A stretch of 64,000 nucleotides of DNA from Tabrizicola sp. (GTDB lineage Bacteria > Pseudomonadota > Alphaproteobacteria > Rhodobacterales > Rhodobacteraceae), in NCBI RefSeq assembly GCF_041913445.1, contig NZ_JAYSFG010000002.1, forward strand, positions 227,061 to 291,060, written 5' to 3'. Both the position numbers and the translations under genes were made by a program. Numbering within the stretch: position 1 is the first letter of the stretch; each line of letters opens with the position of its first letter. The notes beneath the pieces were generated by a model. It did no database searches. It worked only from the letters and a program-made list of their open reading frames with translations, and was not told where the DNA came from. Shown here piece by piece: positions 1-11,219 of the stretch.

Positions 1-259
1 CTAGCCACAGTTACCCACACGTCCTGCGGTATTCAAACCGAAGCATCTTCGTCCATAGGTATCCCCTCGCACGGCCAGCGCATGCTTGGCGCGCACCGGG
101 GGGGGTGCGGCCTGATCGTCCTTAACACCGCCGTTGCGCCCCCAACCCATTGAAAGAAGTGTAAAACCAGAACGCGACCAGCGTGGACAGCCCGACCGGC
201 CCCCTTGCGGCCCGCTCAGCTTTCGGCAAAGCTGGTCCGACAGCCGGGGGAGGCTTTTC

Positions 260-901
260 ATGGCAGGCGAGGCGATCGAGCTTTCACGGCTGGCCGATCT
301 TCTGGAGACGCAGGCGGCAAGTGGGGGCAGGGTCATCGCTGCCATCGCGGGGGCCCCTGGGTCGGGGAAATCGACGCTCGCGGACAAGCTGGTGGGGAAG
401 CTGAACGCCCGGCAGCCGGGGTTGGCGGCGGTCTTGCCGATGGACGGGTATCATTATGATGACCTCTATCTGGTGCCCGCCGGGCTGCGGCCTCGGAAGG
501 GCGCGCCGATGACGTTTGACGTCGGCGGGCTTTACCACACGCTGAAGCGGCTTCGCGCGCTGGATGAGGATGAGGTCGCGGTCCCGGTCTTCGACCGCAA
601 GATCGAGATCGCGCGGGCGGGGGCGCGGCTGATCCCGAAGGACACTCCGGTCATCGTGGTCGAGGGGAACTGGCTTCTTCTGAACCAGTCCCCCTGGGAC
701 CGGCTGCGGCCGATGTTCGACGTGACGGTGATGGTCGAGGTGCCGGAGCACGTGCTGCGCGCGAGGTTGCGGGGGCGGTGGGAGAGGCTGGGGTTATCCG
801 AGCCGGAAATCGTTGAGAAGCTTGAGGAAAACGACCTGCCGAACGGACGCTGGGTGCGCGACGGGTCCATCCCGGCGGATCATGTGATCCGGAACGGCTG
901 A
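260..901 (+). CDS. P-loop kinase, YggC/FrcK (uridine/pantothenate-kinase-like) family
   Basis: Walker A GAPGSGKS, MDGYH, VEGNWLL motifs; ATG at 260 after GGAGG. Confidence 0.8.
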   Translation: MAGEAIELSRLADLLETQAASGGRVIAAIAGAPGSGKSTLADKLVGKLNARQPGLAAVLPMDGYHYDDLYLVPAGLRPRKGAPMTFDVGGLYHTLKRLRALDEDEVAVPVFDRKIEIARAGARLIPKDTPVIVVEGNWLLLNQSPWDRLRPMFDVTVMVEVPEHVLRARLRGRWERLGLSEPEIVEKLEENDLPNGRWVRDGSIPADHVIRNG

Positions 902-1046
902 CCCCTTCGACGCCCCGCAAATTCCGATTCGCCAGACCCTATTCGCGCTGGCCTTGTGATTCGTTTGGCGCTACTCTGGCCCGCGAAGACCTGGGGGACA
1001 CACCCGGGCTTCCAAAGGCAGAGCAGGCGTAACAGGCGGTTTTTCC

Positions 1047-2210
1047 ATGACTGAAATGGTCTATGGCTCGAATCCCGTACGGGTATCCGAGCCGGTCATC
1101 CCAAGGTGGTGGCGCACGATCGACAAGTGGACGCTGACATGCGTCTTCGTCCTGTTCGGGATCGGACTGCTGCTGGGCCTGGCCGCCTCGGTGCCGCTGG
1201 CGACGCGGAACGGGCTGGAGCCGTTCTACTATGTCCAGCGTCAGGCCTTCTTCGGCGGGGTCGCGCTGGTGGTGATGCTGGGGATCTCGATGATGCCACC
1301 CGAGATGGTGCGCAGGCTTGGGGTTCTGGGCTTCGCCGTGTCGATGCTGGCGCTGATGCTGCTGCCGATCCTTGGCACCGACTTTGGCAAGGGGGCGGTG
1401 CGGTGGTTTTCCTTCGGGTTTGCCAGCGTCCAGCCCTCCGAGTTCCTGAAGCCGGGCTTCGTGATCGTGGTGGCCTGGTTGATCGCGGCGAGCCAGGATC
1501 TGCAGGGTCCGCCGGGCAAGTCGATTTCCTTTGCGCTGACCCTGGTCGTCGTGGCCTTCCTGGCGATGCAGCCGGACTTCGGCCAGTCTGCGCTGGTGCT
1601 CTTCGCCTGGGGCGTGGTCTATTTCGTCGGCGGCGCTCCGATGCTGCTGATCGGGGTCGTCGGCGGCATCGTCGCGGCGGCGGGGCTGGTGTTCTATGAG
1701 AGCTCCGAACACTTCGCGCGCCGGATCGATGGGTTCCTGTCGCCCGACGTGGACCCGCGGACGCAGCTTGGCTATGCGGCGAACGCGATCCAGGAGGGCG
1801 GGTTTTTCGGTGTGGGCGTGGGTGAGGGGCAGGTGAAATGGTCGCTCCCGGACGCGCATACCGACTTCATCATCGCGGTGGCGGCTGAGGAATACGGGCT
1901 TCTGCTGGTCCTCCTGATCCTGGCGGTCTACGGGGTGATCGTGGTGCGGTCCCTGTGGCGTCTCCTGCCCGAGCGGGACCCGTTTGCGCGGCTGGCGGGT
2001 GCGGGGCTTGCCTGCATCTTCGGGGTGCAGGCGATGATCAACATGGGCGTGGCTGTGCGGCTGTTGCCGGCCAAGGGGATGACGCTTCCCTTCGTGAGCT
2101 ATGGCGGGTCGTCGGTCATCGCGGCCGGGATCACGTTGGGGATGCTTCTGGCGCTGACGCGGGAGCGGCCGCGGGGGCAGATGAGCGACGTCTTCCGGCG
2201 GGGGCGGTGA
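1047..2210 (+). CDS. ftsW: Cell division SEDS protein FtsW
   Basis: Multi-TM; [31 protein letters not shown]; precedes murG. Confidence 0.96.
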   Translation: MTEMVYGSNPVRVSEPVIPRWWRTIDKWTLTCVFVLFGIGLLLGLAASVPLATRNGLEPFYYVQRQAFFGGVALVVMLGISMMPPEMVRRLGVLGFAVSMLALMLLPILGTDFGKGAVRWFSFGFASVQPSEFLKPGFVIVVAWLIAASQDLQGPPGKSISFALTLVVVAFLAMQPDFGQSALVLFAWGVVYFVGGAPMLLIGVVGGIVAAAGLVFYESSEHFARRIDGFLSPDVDPRTQLGYAANAIQEGGFFGVGVGEGQVKWSLPDAHTDFIIAVAAEEYGLLLVLLILAVYGVIVVRSLWRLLPERDPFARLAGAGLACIFGVQAMINMGVAVRLLPAKGMTLPFVSYGGSSVIAAGITLGMLLALTRERPRGQMSDVFRRGR

Positions 2211-2229
2211 TGGGTTTCTGCACGGCGAG

Positions 2230-2270
2230 CCCCCCCACCCCGGCCCTCCCCCACGGAGGGGGGAGGGAGG
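2230..2270 (+). repeat. C-rich/G-rich REP-like palindrome (CCCCACCCCGGCCCTCCCCCACGGAGGGGGGAGGG)
   Basis: CCCTCCCCC/GGGGGAGGG stem preceded by CCCCACCCC between ftsW and murG; resembles the common alphaproteobacterial intergenic repeat. Confidence 0.65.
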
Positions 2271-2298
2271 CGCCTGGACGCGCCGGGGGATCGGAGCG

Positions 2299-3393
2299 AT
2301 GAGCGGCAAGCTTCTTCTGATCGCGGCGGGGGGCACGGGGGGGCACATGTTCCCGGCGCAGGCCCTGGCCGAGGCGATGCTGGCGCGGGGCTGGCGGGTT
2401 AAGCTGTCCACCGACGACCGGGGCGCGCGCTATGCGGGCGGGTTTCCGAAAGAGGTGGCAATCGAGCGGGTGGCGTCGGCGACCTTTGCCCGGGGCGGCG
2501 TGGCGGCAAAGCTGATGGTGCCGTTCCGGATCCTGGGGGGCGTCGTGGGTGCGCTCATGTCTCAGATGCGCGACAGGCCGGCCGTGGTGGTGGGGTTCGG
2601 GGGGTATCCGTCGATCCCGGCGCTGTCGGCGGCGTGGATGTTGCGGCGGCCGCGGATGATCCATGAGCAGAACGGGGTTCTGGGACGGGTGAACCAGGTC
2701 TTTGCGCGGCGGGTGGACCGGGTTGCCTGCGGGACCTGGCCCACGGCCTTGCCGCAGGGCGTGACGGGAGAAGCGACGGGAAACCCGGTGCGGCAGGCCG
2801 TGCTGGACCGCGGCTCGGCGCCCTATATCCCTCCGGGCGACTATCCGATGGCGATGGTGGTGATCGGCGGGTCTCAGGGCGCGCGGATCCTGTCGGACGT
2901 GGTGCCGGCGGCAGTGGCGCTGCTGCCGGAAGGCTTGCGGGCGAACCTTCGGGTGGCGCATCAGGCGCGGGACGAGGATGCGGCGCGGGCGGCAGCAGGG
3001 TACGAGGCGGCGGGAGTGCGGGCGGAGATCGCGCCGTTCTTTGCGGACATTCCGCGGCGGCTTTCCGAGGCTCAGCTGGTGATCTCGCGCTCGGGCGCTT
3101 CTTCGGTGGCGGACATCTCGGTGATCGGGCGGCCGTCGATCCTGATCCCCTTCGCGGCCGCGACGGGGGATCACCAGACGGCCAATGCGAAGGGGCTGGC
3201 TGACGCAGGGGCAGCGGTGGTGATCCAGGAGAAGGCGCTTGACGCGGCCGGCCTTGCGGGCCACATCGCCGCGATCCTGGAAGACCCCCTGAAGGCCGAG
3301 GGCATGGCGCGCGCGGCCCTGGGCGAAGGCAAGCCGGACGCGACGGCGCGGCTGGTGGCATTGGTTGAAGATTTGGGCGGAGACGCATCATGA
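2299..3393 (+). CDS. murG: MurG N-acetylglucosaminyltransferase
   Basis: GGTGGH, HEQN, GNPVR, GGSQGA, ISRSGAS, DHQTANA. Confidence 0.97.
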   Translation: MSGKLLLIAAGGTGGHMFPAQALAEAMLARGWRVKLSTDDRGARYAGGFPKEVAIERVASATFARGGVAAKLMVPFRILGGVVGALMSQMRDRPAVVVGFGGYPSIPALSAAWMLRRPRMIHEQNGVLGRVNQVFARRVDRVACGTWPTALPQGVTGEATGNPVRQAVLDRGSAPYIPPGDYPMAMVVIGGSQGARILSDVVPAAVALLPEGLRANLRVAHQARDEDAARAAAGYEAAGVRAEIAPFFADIPRRLSEAQLVISRSGASSVADISVIGRPSILIPFAAATGDHQTANAKGLADAGAAVVIQEKALDAAGLAGHIAAILEDPLKAEGMARAALGEGKPDATARLVALVEDLGGDAS

Positions 3394-4811
3394 ACGCAGC
3401 GACGAAGCTTCCGCTGGAATTGGGGCCGATCCATTTCGTGGGAATCGGCGGCATCGGGATGAGCGGGATCGCCGAGGTCCTGATGACGCTGGGCTACGCG
3501 GTCCAGGGGTCGGATGCGAAGGCGTCGAAGATCACCGACCGGCTGGTGAAGCTGGGCGCGCGGTTCTTCGAGGGCCAGAAGGCCGAGAACATCGGGGATG
3601 GCGTGTCGGTCGTCGTGATCTCGTCTGCGATCAAGAAGGGCAACCCGGAGCTGGAAGAGGCGCGGCGGCGGAAGCTGCCGGTCGTGCGCCGGGCGGAGAT
3701 GCTGGCGGAGCTGATGCGGCTGCGGTCGAACATCGCCATCGCCGGGACGCATGGCAAGACCACGACCACGACGATGGTGGCGACGCTTCTGGACAAGGGC
3801 GGGTTCGACCCGACGGTCATCAACGGCGGCGTGATCCATGCCTATGGGTCCAATGCTCGCGCCGGGGCGGGGGAGTGGATGGTCGTGGAGGCGGACGAGT
3901 CCGACGGCTCGTTCAACCGGCTGCCCGCGACCATCGCCATCGTGACCAACATCGACCCCGAGCACATGGAGCATTGGGGGACCTTCGACGCGCTGCGGAA
4001 GGGGTTTCTGGACTTCGTGTCGAACATCCCCTTCTACGGCCTTGCGGTCTGTTGCACCGACCACCCCGAGGTGCAGGCGCTGGTCGGGCGGGTGACGGAC
4101 CGCCGCGTGGTGACCTTCGGCTTCAATGCTCAGGCCGACGTGCGGGCGGTGAACCTGCGGTATGAAGCGGGCGTTGCGCATTTCGACATTGCGCTGCAGG
4201 GCGAGGGCGGGATGATCGAGGGCTGCACCCTGCCGATGCCCGGGGACCACAACGTCAGCAATGCGCTTTCGGCGGTCGCGGTGGCGCGGCATCTGGGGAT
4301 GAAGCGCGACGAGATCCGCGAGGCCCTGGCCGGGTTCGCCGGAGTGAACCGGCGGTTCACCAAGGTCGCGGACGTGAACGGGGTCACCATCATCGACGAT
4401 TACGGCCACCACCCCGTCGAGATCGCGGCGGTGCTGAAGGCGGCGCGGCAGGCGATTGGCGGGAAGCAGGGGGGCCGGATCATCGCCGTCCACCAGCCGC
4501 ACCGCTACACCCGGCTGTCGAGCCTCTTCGAGGAATTCTGCACCTGCTTCAACGAGGCCGATGTGGTGGCGATCGCCGATGTCTACTCGGCCGGGGAGGA
4601 CCCGATTCCGGGTGCCTCGCGCGATGATCTGGTGGCGGGGCTGATCGCCCACGGCCACCGCCATGCCCGCGCGCTGCAGGACGAAAGCGAGCTTGCGCGG
4701 CTGGTGAAGGAACAGGCACGGCCGGGCGACATGGTGGTCTGCCTTGGCGCGGGGACGATCAGTGCCTGGGCCAATGCGCTGCCCGCGAAACTGCTGGGCA
4801 AGGCCGCATGA
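3390..4811 (+). CDS. murC: UDP-N-acetylmuramate--L-alanine ligase
   Basis: [39 protein letters not shown]. Confidence 0.97.
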   Translation: MNAATKLPLELGPIHFVGIGGIGMSGIAEVLMTLGYAVQGSDAKASKITDRLVKLGARFFEGQKAENIGDGVSVVVISSAIKKGNPELEEARRRKLPVVRRAEMLAELMRLRSNIAIAGTHGKTTTTTMVATLLDKGGFDPTVINGGVIHAYGSNARAGAGEWMVVEADESDGSFNRLPATIAIVTNIDPEHMEHWGTFDALRKGFLDFVSNIPFYGLAVCCTDHPEVQALVGRVTDRRVVTFGFNAQADVRAVNLRYEAGVAHFDIALQGEGGMIEGCTLPMPGDHNVSNALSAVAVARHLGMKRDEIREALAGFAGVNRRFTKVADVNGVTIIDDYGHHPVEIAAVLKAARQAIGGKQGGRIIAVHQPHRYTRLSSLFEEFCTCFNEADVVAIADVYSAGEDPIPGASRDDLVAGLIAHGHRHARALQDESELARLVKEQARPGDMVVCLGAGTISAWANALPAKLLGKAA

Positions 4812-4830
4812 GCCGGTCGGGGGCCGTTGC

Positions 4831-5109
4831 ATGATCTGGGGTGTCGTCACGCCCCTGTTCTTCGGCTGCCTGTGGATCCTGCTTGCCGCCATCGTCGCCA
4901 TGCTTCCGATGAAGCGGCAGATGGTGCCGGGGATCATCCTTCTGATCCTCGCGCCCTTCCTTCTGGTCTGGATCGGCTGGTTTCACGGCTGGGGCTGGGC
5001 GGTGGCGGGGCTGGTTGCCTTTGCCTCGATGTTCCGCAACCCGCTGATCTACTTCATCCGCCGCGCCCTGGGGCGGCCAGCGCCGCTGCCGAAGGACCTG
5101 GAGAAATGA
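4831..5109 (+). CDS. DUF2484-like small membrane protein (copy 1)
   Basis: 92 aa hydrophobic; W..LAAIVAMLP...SMFRNPL pattern; usual position after murC in Rhodobacteraceae. Confidence 0.7.
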   Translation: MIWGVVTPLFFGCLWILLAAIVAMLPMKRQMVPGIILLILAPFLLVWIGWFHGWGWAVAGLVAFASMFRNPLIYFIRRALGRPAPLPKDLEK

Positions 5110-5142
5110 GCGCCCCGGTCCCGACCAGACGGGCAGCGGCCG

Positions 5143-6354
5143 ATGGCTGACACTCTGGAGCGCCGCCTTGGGCTTGGCCTGCTGACAGCCTACGGCGTCG
5201 GCGTGATGGTGGGCGCGGGCATCTATGTCCTTGTCGGCACCGTGGTCGGTCATGCCGGTATCTGGGCGCCCCTGGCCTTTGTTCTGGCAGGCGTGGTCGC
5301 GCTGTTCTCGGCCCTTTCCTATGCCGAGTTCGCCACGCGACTGCCCGAGGCGGCGGGCCAGGCGGCCTATATCGAGCGCGGCTTCTCCTCGCGCGATCTT
5401 GGTGTCCTGGCGGGCCTTGCCATCGCGCTGACCGGCGTGATCTCGGCTGCAGCGGTGCTGCGGGGCGGGGTCGGTTACCTGACCACGTTCTTGGACCTGC
5501 CCGAGCTTTGGCTGATCGCCGGGATCGGTGCGGCGCTGACGGTGGTGGCGGTGGTCGGCGTCCTGGAAAGCCTGGCGCTGATCGCGCTGCTGACGGTGGT
5601 CGAGGTGGCGGGCCTTCTGGCCGTGGTGGGCGCGGGGTTCCTTGCGACCCCTGGTCCGGACTGGGTGGCGCTTGCGGATCTCCCCCCGCCGCCGATTGCC
5701 GGGATCGCGGCGGCGATCTCGCTGTCGGTCTTCGCCTTCATCGGCTTCGAGGACCTGACCAACATGGCCGAAGAGGCGCGCGAGCCCGAGCGGGTGATGC
5801 CGCGCGCGATCTTGCTGGCGCTGTTCATCACCGCGGCGCTTTACATTGCGGTGAGCCTGGCTGCGGTTCGTGTCGCGCCCCATGCCGAGCTTCGCGCCAG
5901 CGCCCAGCCTGTCGCGCTGATCTGGGAGCGCGCGACCGGCAGTTCACCGGCCTTCCTGTCGGCCATCGCGGTCGCCGCCGCGCTGAACGGCGTGCTGGCG
6001 CAGATCGTCATGGCCTCACGCGTGCTTTACGGGCTGGGCCGGCGCACGCGCGTGCTGGAGCCCCTGGCCCGGTCGCATCCCCGCTTTGGCACCCCGGCCC
6101 GGGCCACGCTTCTGGTCGGTGGCGCAGTGCTGGCGGCGGCACTGCTTTTGCCGGTCGAGACCCTGGCCGAGGCGACGGCCATCATCCTTCTGGCGGTGTT
6201 CGCGCTGGTGAACGCCGCGCTGATCCGGCTGCATCGCCGGGAACCGGAAGCCCCGTTCCGCGTCGCGGCCTGGGTCCCCTGGGCGGGGCTGATCGCAGCG
6301 CTTGCCGCCCTGGCCGCGGCGATGTCCGCCGTTCTGATCGGAGAAGTCACATGA
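5143..6354 (+). CDS. APC-family amino acid permease
   Basis: GVGVMVGAGIY, FAFIGFED..NMAEE, many TM segments. Confidence 0.88.
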   Translation: MADTLERRLGLGLLTAYGVGVMVGAGIYVLVGTVVGHAGIWAPLAFVLAGVVALFSALSYAEFATRLPEAAGQAAYIERGFSSRDLGVLAGLAIALTGVISAAAVLRGGVGYLTTFLDLPELWLIAGIGAALTVVAVVGVLESLALIALLTVVEVAGLLAVVGAGFLATPGPDWVALADLPPPPIAGIAAAISLSVFAFIGFEDLTNMAEEAREPERVMPRAILLALFITAALYIAVSLAAVRVAPHAELRASAQPVALIWERATGSSPAFLSAIAVAAALNGVLAQIVMASRVLYGLGRRTRVLEPLARSHPRFGTPARATLLVGGAVLAAALLLPVETLAEATAIILLAVFALVNAALIRLHRREPEAPFRVAAWVPWAGLIAALAALAAAMSAVLIGEVT

Positions 6355-6623
6355 TTGGCAACCTTGGCGCGGATCCGGACTACTGGCCGCTGGTCCTGAG
6401 CCTGTTGTGGCTGGTGGTGGCCAACGTCATCGCCATGTTCCCCTCGAAGGACAAGCACTGGCGCGCGGCCTATGTGCTGATCGCGCTGGGCGTGCCGCTT
6501 CTGGGCTGGGTGACCTGGGTGGCGGGTCCGGTGGTGGGGCTGGTGCTTCTGGCCGCCGGGGCCTCGGTCCTGCGCTGGCCGGTGATCTTCCTGTGGCGCT
6601 GGTTGCGCCGGCAGCTGGGGTAA
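6351..6623 (+). CDS. DUF2484-like small membrane protein (copy 2)
   Basis: [17 protein letters not shown]...GASVLRWP; ATGA overlap with permease stop. Confidence 0.75.
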   Translation: MIGNLGADPDYWPLVLSLLWLVVANVIAMFPSKDKHWRAAYVLIALGVPLLGWVTWVAGPVVGLVLLAAGASVLRWPVIFLWRWLRRQLG

Positions 6624-6628
6624 GGCCG

Positions 6629-6880
6629 ATGGGCGGGTTGATCTGGGTCCCCGGTGTCGTGATGCTGATCTTCGTGGCGGTCCTGTCCTATGGCATGACG
6701 CGCCGCTATGGCTGGGGACAGGCGCTGGCGCTGCCGGTGCTGGCGTTGGTGGCGGTGCTGGCGATGCGGTGGCAAGAGCAGGGCGGGTCCGGGTTCGACT
6801 GGGGCTCGCTGGTTTTTGCGGTCCCCGTGCTGCTGGGATCGGTGGCGGGCATCGCGGTCGCAAGCCTGTGGCGTCGGTGA
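6629..6880 (+). CDS. Small hypothetical membrane protein (83 aa, about 3 TM)
   Basis: ATG 5 nt after previous stop, hydrophobic segments, host-like codon use. Confidence 0.6.
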   Translation: MGGLIWVPGVVMLIFVAVLSYGMTRRYGWGQALALPVLALVAVLAMRWQEQGGSGFDWGSLVFAVPVLLGSVAGIAVASLWRR

Positions 6881-6921
6881 CAGGTCTTGCAAGAGGCACG
6901 AAAGCGCCGCAGAACCGGACC

Positions 6922-7848
6922 ATGACCAAGCTTCCTGAAACGCGCGGCGTGCTGACGCCGGACCGGCCGCTGGCCGACCTGACCTGGCTGCGCGTGGGCG
7001 GGCCTGCCGACTGGCTGTACCAGCCGGCGGACGAGGCGGACCTATGCGCCTTCCTGGGCGCTCTGGACCCGGCCGTGGCGGTCTTCCCGATGGGCGTGGG
7101 GTCGAACCTGATCGTGCGGGATGGCGGCATCCGGGCGGTGGTGATCCGGCTGGGACGGGGGTTCAACGGGATCGAGGTGCAGGGCGACCGGGTCGTGGCC
7201 GGAGCGGCCGCGCTGGATGCTCATGTGGCGCGGCGGGCGGCGGAGGCGGGGCTGGACCTCACCTTCCTGCGGACGATCCCGGGGTCGATCGGCGGCGCGG
7301 TGCGGATGAACGCTGGCTGCTACGGGTCCTACGTGGCCGACGTGCTGGAGGAGGTGCGGGTGGTAACTCGGTCGGGCGAGGTGGTGGTGCTGCCCGCCTC
7401 GGCCTTGAACCTGCGGTATCGGCAGAGCGATCTGCCTGAGTGCGCGGTGATCGTCTCGGCCACGTTTCGCGCGGCGAAGGGGGATCCGGCGGCTTTGGAG
7501 GCGCGCATGGTCGAGCAGATCGCCAAGCGCGATGCGAGCCAGCCCACGAAGGAGCGGTCAGCGGGGTCCACGTTCCGCAATCCTGTCGGACGGTCGTCCA
7601 CGGGGCGGGCGGATGACAGCCATGAGCTGAAGGCCTGGAAGGTGATCGACGACGCCGGGATGCGCGGCGCGCGCGTCGGCGGGGCGCAGATGTCCACGAT
7701 GCATTCCAACTTCATGATCAACGCCGGCGGCGCCACGGCGGCGGATCTGGAAAATCTCGGCGAAGAGGTCAGGAAAAAGGTTTACCAATCAAGCGGTATC
7801 ACGCTAGAGTGGGAAATCATGCGGGTCGGAGAAACCTTGCAGGACTAA
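6922..7848 (+). CDS. murB: UDP-N-acetylenolpyruvoylglucosamine reductase
   Basis: [42 protein letters not shown]. Confidence 0.96.
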   Translation: MTKLPETRGVLTPDRPLADLTWLRVGGPADWLYQPADEADLCAFLGALDPAVAVFPMGVGSNLIVRDGGIRAVVIRLGRGFNGIEVQGDRVVAGAAALDAHVARRAAEAGLDLTFLRTIPGSIGGAVRMNAGCYGSYVADVLEEVRVVTRSGEVVVLPASALNLRYRQSDLPECAVIVSATFRAAKGDPAALEARMVEQIAKRDASQPTKERSAGSTFRNPVGRSSTGRADDSHELKAWKVIDDAGMRGARVGGAQMSTMHSNFMINAGGATAADLENLGEEVRKKVYQSSGITLEWEIMRVGETLQD

Positions 7849-7887
7849 GAAGATCACGGGGCAGATAAGCCCTGGATGAGGCAGTGT

Positions 7888-8808
7888 ATGGCGGGCGCAT
7901 CGAGCAGGATGGCCCCCGAAGTGGCGGTGTTGATGGGTGGGCTTTCCGCTGAGCGGGAAGTGTCGCTTGTCTCTGGGCGCGAATGCGCCAAGGCCCTGCG
8001 GGAGGCTGGTTATCAGGTGACGGAGGTCGATTGCGGCCCCGATCTGCCTGCGCGCCTTGCTGACCTGAAACCCGATGTCTGTTTCAACGCGCTGCATGGC
8101 CGCTGGGGCGAGGATGGCTGCGTCCAGGGGGTGCTGGAGTGGCTGCAGATCCCCTATACGCATTCCGGGGTGCTGGCCTCGGCCTTGGCGATGGACAAGG
8201 TCAAGACCAAGGAGGTCTACAGGGCCGCCGGCCTGCCGGTGGTGGAAAGCGTGCTGGCCAGCCGCGAAGAGGTCGAGGCGGGGCATGTCCTGCCCGCGCC
8301 CTACGTGGTGAAGCCCTACAACGAGGGGTCCTCGGTCGGGGTCTATATCGTCCGCGAGGGGTCGAACGCGCCGCGACTGGCGGCCACGATGCCGGACGTG
8401 GTGATGGTCGAGACCTATGCCCCCGGCCGTGAACTGACGACGACGGTGATGGGCGACCGGGCGCTGGGGGTGACGGATATCATCACCGACGGCTGGTACG
8501 ACTATGACGCCAAGTACAAACCCGGCGGTTCCCGGCATGAGTGCCCGGCGAAGCTGCCCGCCGAGATCGAGGCGGCTTGCCTGGATTACGCACTGCGGGC
8601 GCACAGGGCGCTTGGGTGCCGGGGCGTGTCGCGGACGGATTTCCGCTGGGATGAGGCGCGGGGGCTGGACGGGCTGATCCTGCTGGAGACGAACACGCAG
8701 CCGGGGATGACGCCGACCTCGCTGGCCCCGGAACAGGCGGCGATGCAGGGGATCGGGTTCCCGGAGTTCTGCGCCTGGATGGTGAGGGACGCTTCATGCA
8801 ATCGCTGA
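7888..8808 (+). CDS. ddl: D-alanine--D-alanine ligase
   Basis: [38 protein letters not shown]. Confidence 0.96.
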   Translation: MAGASSRMAPEVAVLMGGLSAEREVSLVSGRECAKALREAGYQVTEVDCGPDLPARLADLKPDVCFNALHGRWGEDGCVQGVLEWLQIPYTHSGVLASALAMDKVKTKEVYRAAGLPVVESVLASREEVEAGHVLPAPYVVKPYNEGSSVGVYIVREGSNAPRLAATMPDVVMVETYAPGRELTTTVMGDRALGVTDIITDGWYDYDAKYKPGGSRHECPAKLPAEIEAACLDYALRAHRALGCRGVSRTDFRWDEARGLDGLILLETNTQPGMTPTSLAPEQAAMQGIGFPEFCAWMVRDASCNR

Positions 8809-9692
8809 TCGCCCGCCGTCCCACGACCCGTGTCCGCAAGGACCCCGCGCCGTCGAAATGGGCCTACCGGGTCCAGCGCTGGATGCTGACGCCCTATGTG
8901 CGCAGCCTAGTCTTCAAGGGCATTCCGACGCTGGTCGTCTTCGGTGCGGCCGCGCTGTGGCTGGGCCATGAGCCCAACCGGCAGGCGGTGATCGGGCAAC
9001 TGACCCATCTGCGCGAGGAATTCGAGGCGCGGCCGGAGTTCCGGGTGAGCCTCGCCCGGGTCGAGGGTGCGTCCGACGACCTGGCCGAGGCGGTGCGGGC
9101 GAAGCTGGCGCTGCCCTTGCCGATGTCCTCGTTCGATATCGACCTTGATGCCGCGCGCGACCGGATCGAGGCGCTGGACGCGGTCAAGAAGGCCGACCTC
9201 CGGGTCCGGTCGGGCGGCGTGTTGCAGGTGCTGATCACCGAGCGTGTGCCCGTCGCGGTCTGGCGGACCGAGGACGGGCTGACGCTGGTGGACGAGACCG
9301 GGCACCGGGTCGCGGGCCTTTTGTCGCGCGCCGACCGGGCCGACCTGCCGCTGATCGCGGGCGAAGGGGCCGATGCGGCCACGCCCGAGGCATTGGAGCT
9401 GATCGCCGCCGCTGGGCCGCTGACGCCGCGTATCCGGGGCCTTGTCCGCATGGGCGACCGGCGCTGGGACATCGTCCTTGACCGCGACCAGCGCATCCTT
9501 CTGCCCGAGAAGAACCCGGTCCAGGCCTTGGAGCGCCTTCTGGCGCTCGACCACGCCCAGGACCTGATGAACCGCGACATCCTGACCGTGGACCTGCGGT
9601 CCGACCACCGCCCAACCCTTCGCCTCACCCCCAATGCCCTTGCCGAAATTCGCCGCGCGCAGGGCCTAGAAACCGTGGAGAACGAACTGTGA
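8796..9692 (+). CDS. ftsQ: Cell division protein FtsQ
   Basis: Single TM plus POTRA-like region, [18 protein letters not shown]; between ddl and ftsA. Confidence 0.93.
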   Translation: MQSLIARRPTTRVRKDPAPSKWAYRVQRWMLTPYVRSLVFKGIPTLVVFGAAALWLGHEPNRQAVIGQLTHLREEFEARPEFRVSLARVEGASDDLAEAVRAKLALPLPMSSFDIDLDAARDRIEALDAVKKADLRVRSGGVLQVLITERVPVAVWRTEDGLTLVDETGHRVAGLLSRADRADLPLIAGEGADAATPEALELIAAAGPLTPRIRGLVRMGDRRWDIVLDRDQRILLPEKNPVQALERLLALDHAQDLMNRDILTVDLRSDHRPTLRLTPNALAEIRRAQGLETVENEL

Positions 9693-11023
9693 CCGATCTC
9701 TATACCTCTCAGCGCGCCATGCGGAACATGCGGAAGGCTGCCATGCAGCGCGGCGTGATCGCCATCCTGGATGTGGGCACGTCGAAGATCGCCTGCCTGA
9801 TCCTGCGCTTCGACGGGCCGGACCGCCTGCGCGAGCAGGACGGGGTCGGGCCGATGGCGGGGCAAAGCCAGTTCCGGGTGATCGGCGCGGCGACGACCCG
9901 CAGCCGCGGCGTCCGCTTCGGCGAGATCGCGGTGATGAACGAGACGGAGCGCGCCATTCGCACGGCGGTGCAGGCGGCGCAGAAGATGGCCAACGTGCGG
10001 GTCGACCACGTGATCGCCTGCTTCTCGGGCGCTGAACCCCGCAGCTACGGGCTGGCGGGCGAGCTGGACCTGCAGGATTCCGTGGTGACCGAGCAGGACG
10101 TGAGCCGTGTGCTGGCCGCCTGCGACGTGCCAGACCTGGGGCAGGGACGCGAAGTGCTGCACGCCCAGCCGGTGAACTTTGCGCTGGACCATCGGTCGGG
10201 CCTGGGCGATCCGCGCGGGCAGATCGGGCATCGGCTGGCCGTCGACATGCACCTGTTGTCGGTGGACGGCGACGTGGTGCAGAACCTTCTCTACTGCATC
10301 AAGCGCTGTGACCTGGAACTGGCGGGGATTGCATCCTCGGCCTATGTGTCGGCGATCTCCAGCCTCGTCGAGGACGAGCAGGAGCTGGGCGCGGCCTGCA
10401 TCGACATGGGCGGCGGGGCCACGGGCATCTCGATCTTCATGAAGAAGCACATGATCTATGCGGATTCCGTCCGCATGGGTGGCGACCACGTGACAAGCGA
10501 CATCTCCAAGGGTCTGCAGATCCCGATGGCTACGGCCGAACGGATCAAGACGCGCCACGGCGGGCTTTACGCCACCGGCATGGACGACCGCGAGATGATC
10601 GACATCGGCGGCGACTCGGGCGACTGGGAGAAGGACCGCCGCCAGATCAGCCGGACCGAGCTGATCGGGATCATGCGGCCCCGCGTGGAGGAGATCCTCG
10701 AGGAAGTGCGCGCGACGCTGGATGCGGCAGGGTTTGACACGCTCCCCAGCCAGCAGATCGTGCTGACGGGCGGCGGCAGCCAGATCCCGGGGCTGGACGG
10801 CATTGCGACGCGGGTGCTTGGCCAGCGCGTCCGGCTGGGCCGTCCGTTGCGCGTGCAGGGGCTGCCTCAGGCGGCGACGGGAGCGGCTTTTGCCAGCGCC
10901 GTGGGCCTGTGCCTCTTTGCGGCGCATCCGCAGGACGAATGGTGGGACTTCGAAATTCCCGCAGAACGCTACCCGGCACGCTCGCTTCGGCGGGCCGTCA
11001 AATGGTTCAAGGATAACTGGTGA
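9689..11023 (+). CDS. ftsA: Cell division protein FtsA
   Basis: LDVGTSKI, IDMGGG, VLTGGGSQ; GTG start overlapping ftsQ stop. Confidence 0.96.
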   Translation: MTDLYTSQRAMRNMRKAAMQRGVIAILDVGTSKIACLILRFDGPDRLREQDGVGPMAGQSQFRVIGAATTRSRGVRFGEIAVMNETERAIRTAVQAAQKMANVRVDHVIACFSGAEPRSYGLAGELDLQDSVVTEQDVSRVLAACDVPDLGQGREVLHAQPVNFALDHRSGLGDPRGQIGHRLAVDMHLLSVDGDVVQNLLYCIKRCDLELAGIASSAYVSAISSLVEDEQELGAACIDMGGGATGISIFMKKHMIYADSVRMGGDHVTSDISKGLQIPMATAERIKTRHGGLYATGMDDREMIDIGGDSGDWEKDRRQISRTELIGIMRPRVEEILEEVRATLDAAGFDTLPSQQIVLTGGGSQIPGLDGIATRVLGQRVRLGRPLRVQGLPQAATGAAFASAVGLCLFAAHPQDEWWDFEIPAERYPARSLRRAVKWFKDNW

Positions 11024-11219
11024 CCACAACATCCGGCCGAAGGGGCGAAATACCGCTGATTGCGGGGGTTTGACCCCCAGATTTCGTGGTTTCCCGCGAG
11101 TTTTCGCGTGACCTTTGGAAGTGTTGTGGATAGAATCGGGGATAAGTAGGCCTTCCGCGGGGATTTGATGGCGGAAAGGACCGGAAACAGGCGGCGGACA
11201 AACGGACAGGCAAAACCCA

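Noticed and set aside
1-259. Minus-strand 128-aa ORF and a CAGCTTT-CGGC-AAAGCTG hairpin as an IS end or ncRNA
   Set aside because: ORF overlaps the kinase antisense with no motifs; no terminal inverted repeat partner or known RNA signature; GTGGACA at 183 lacks the other module boxes
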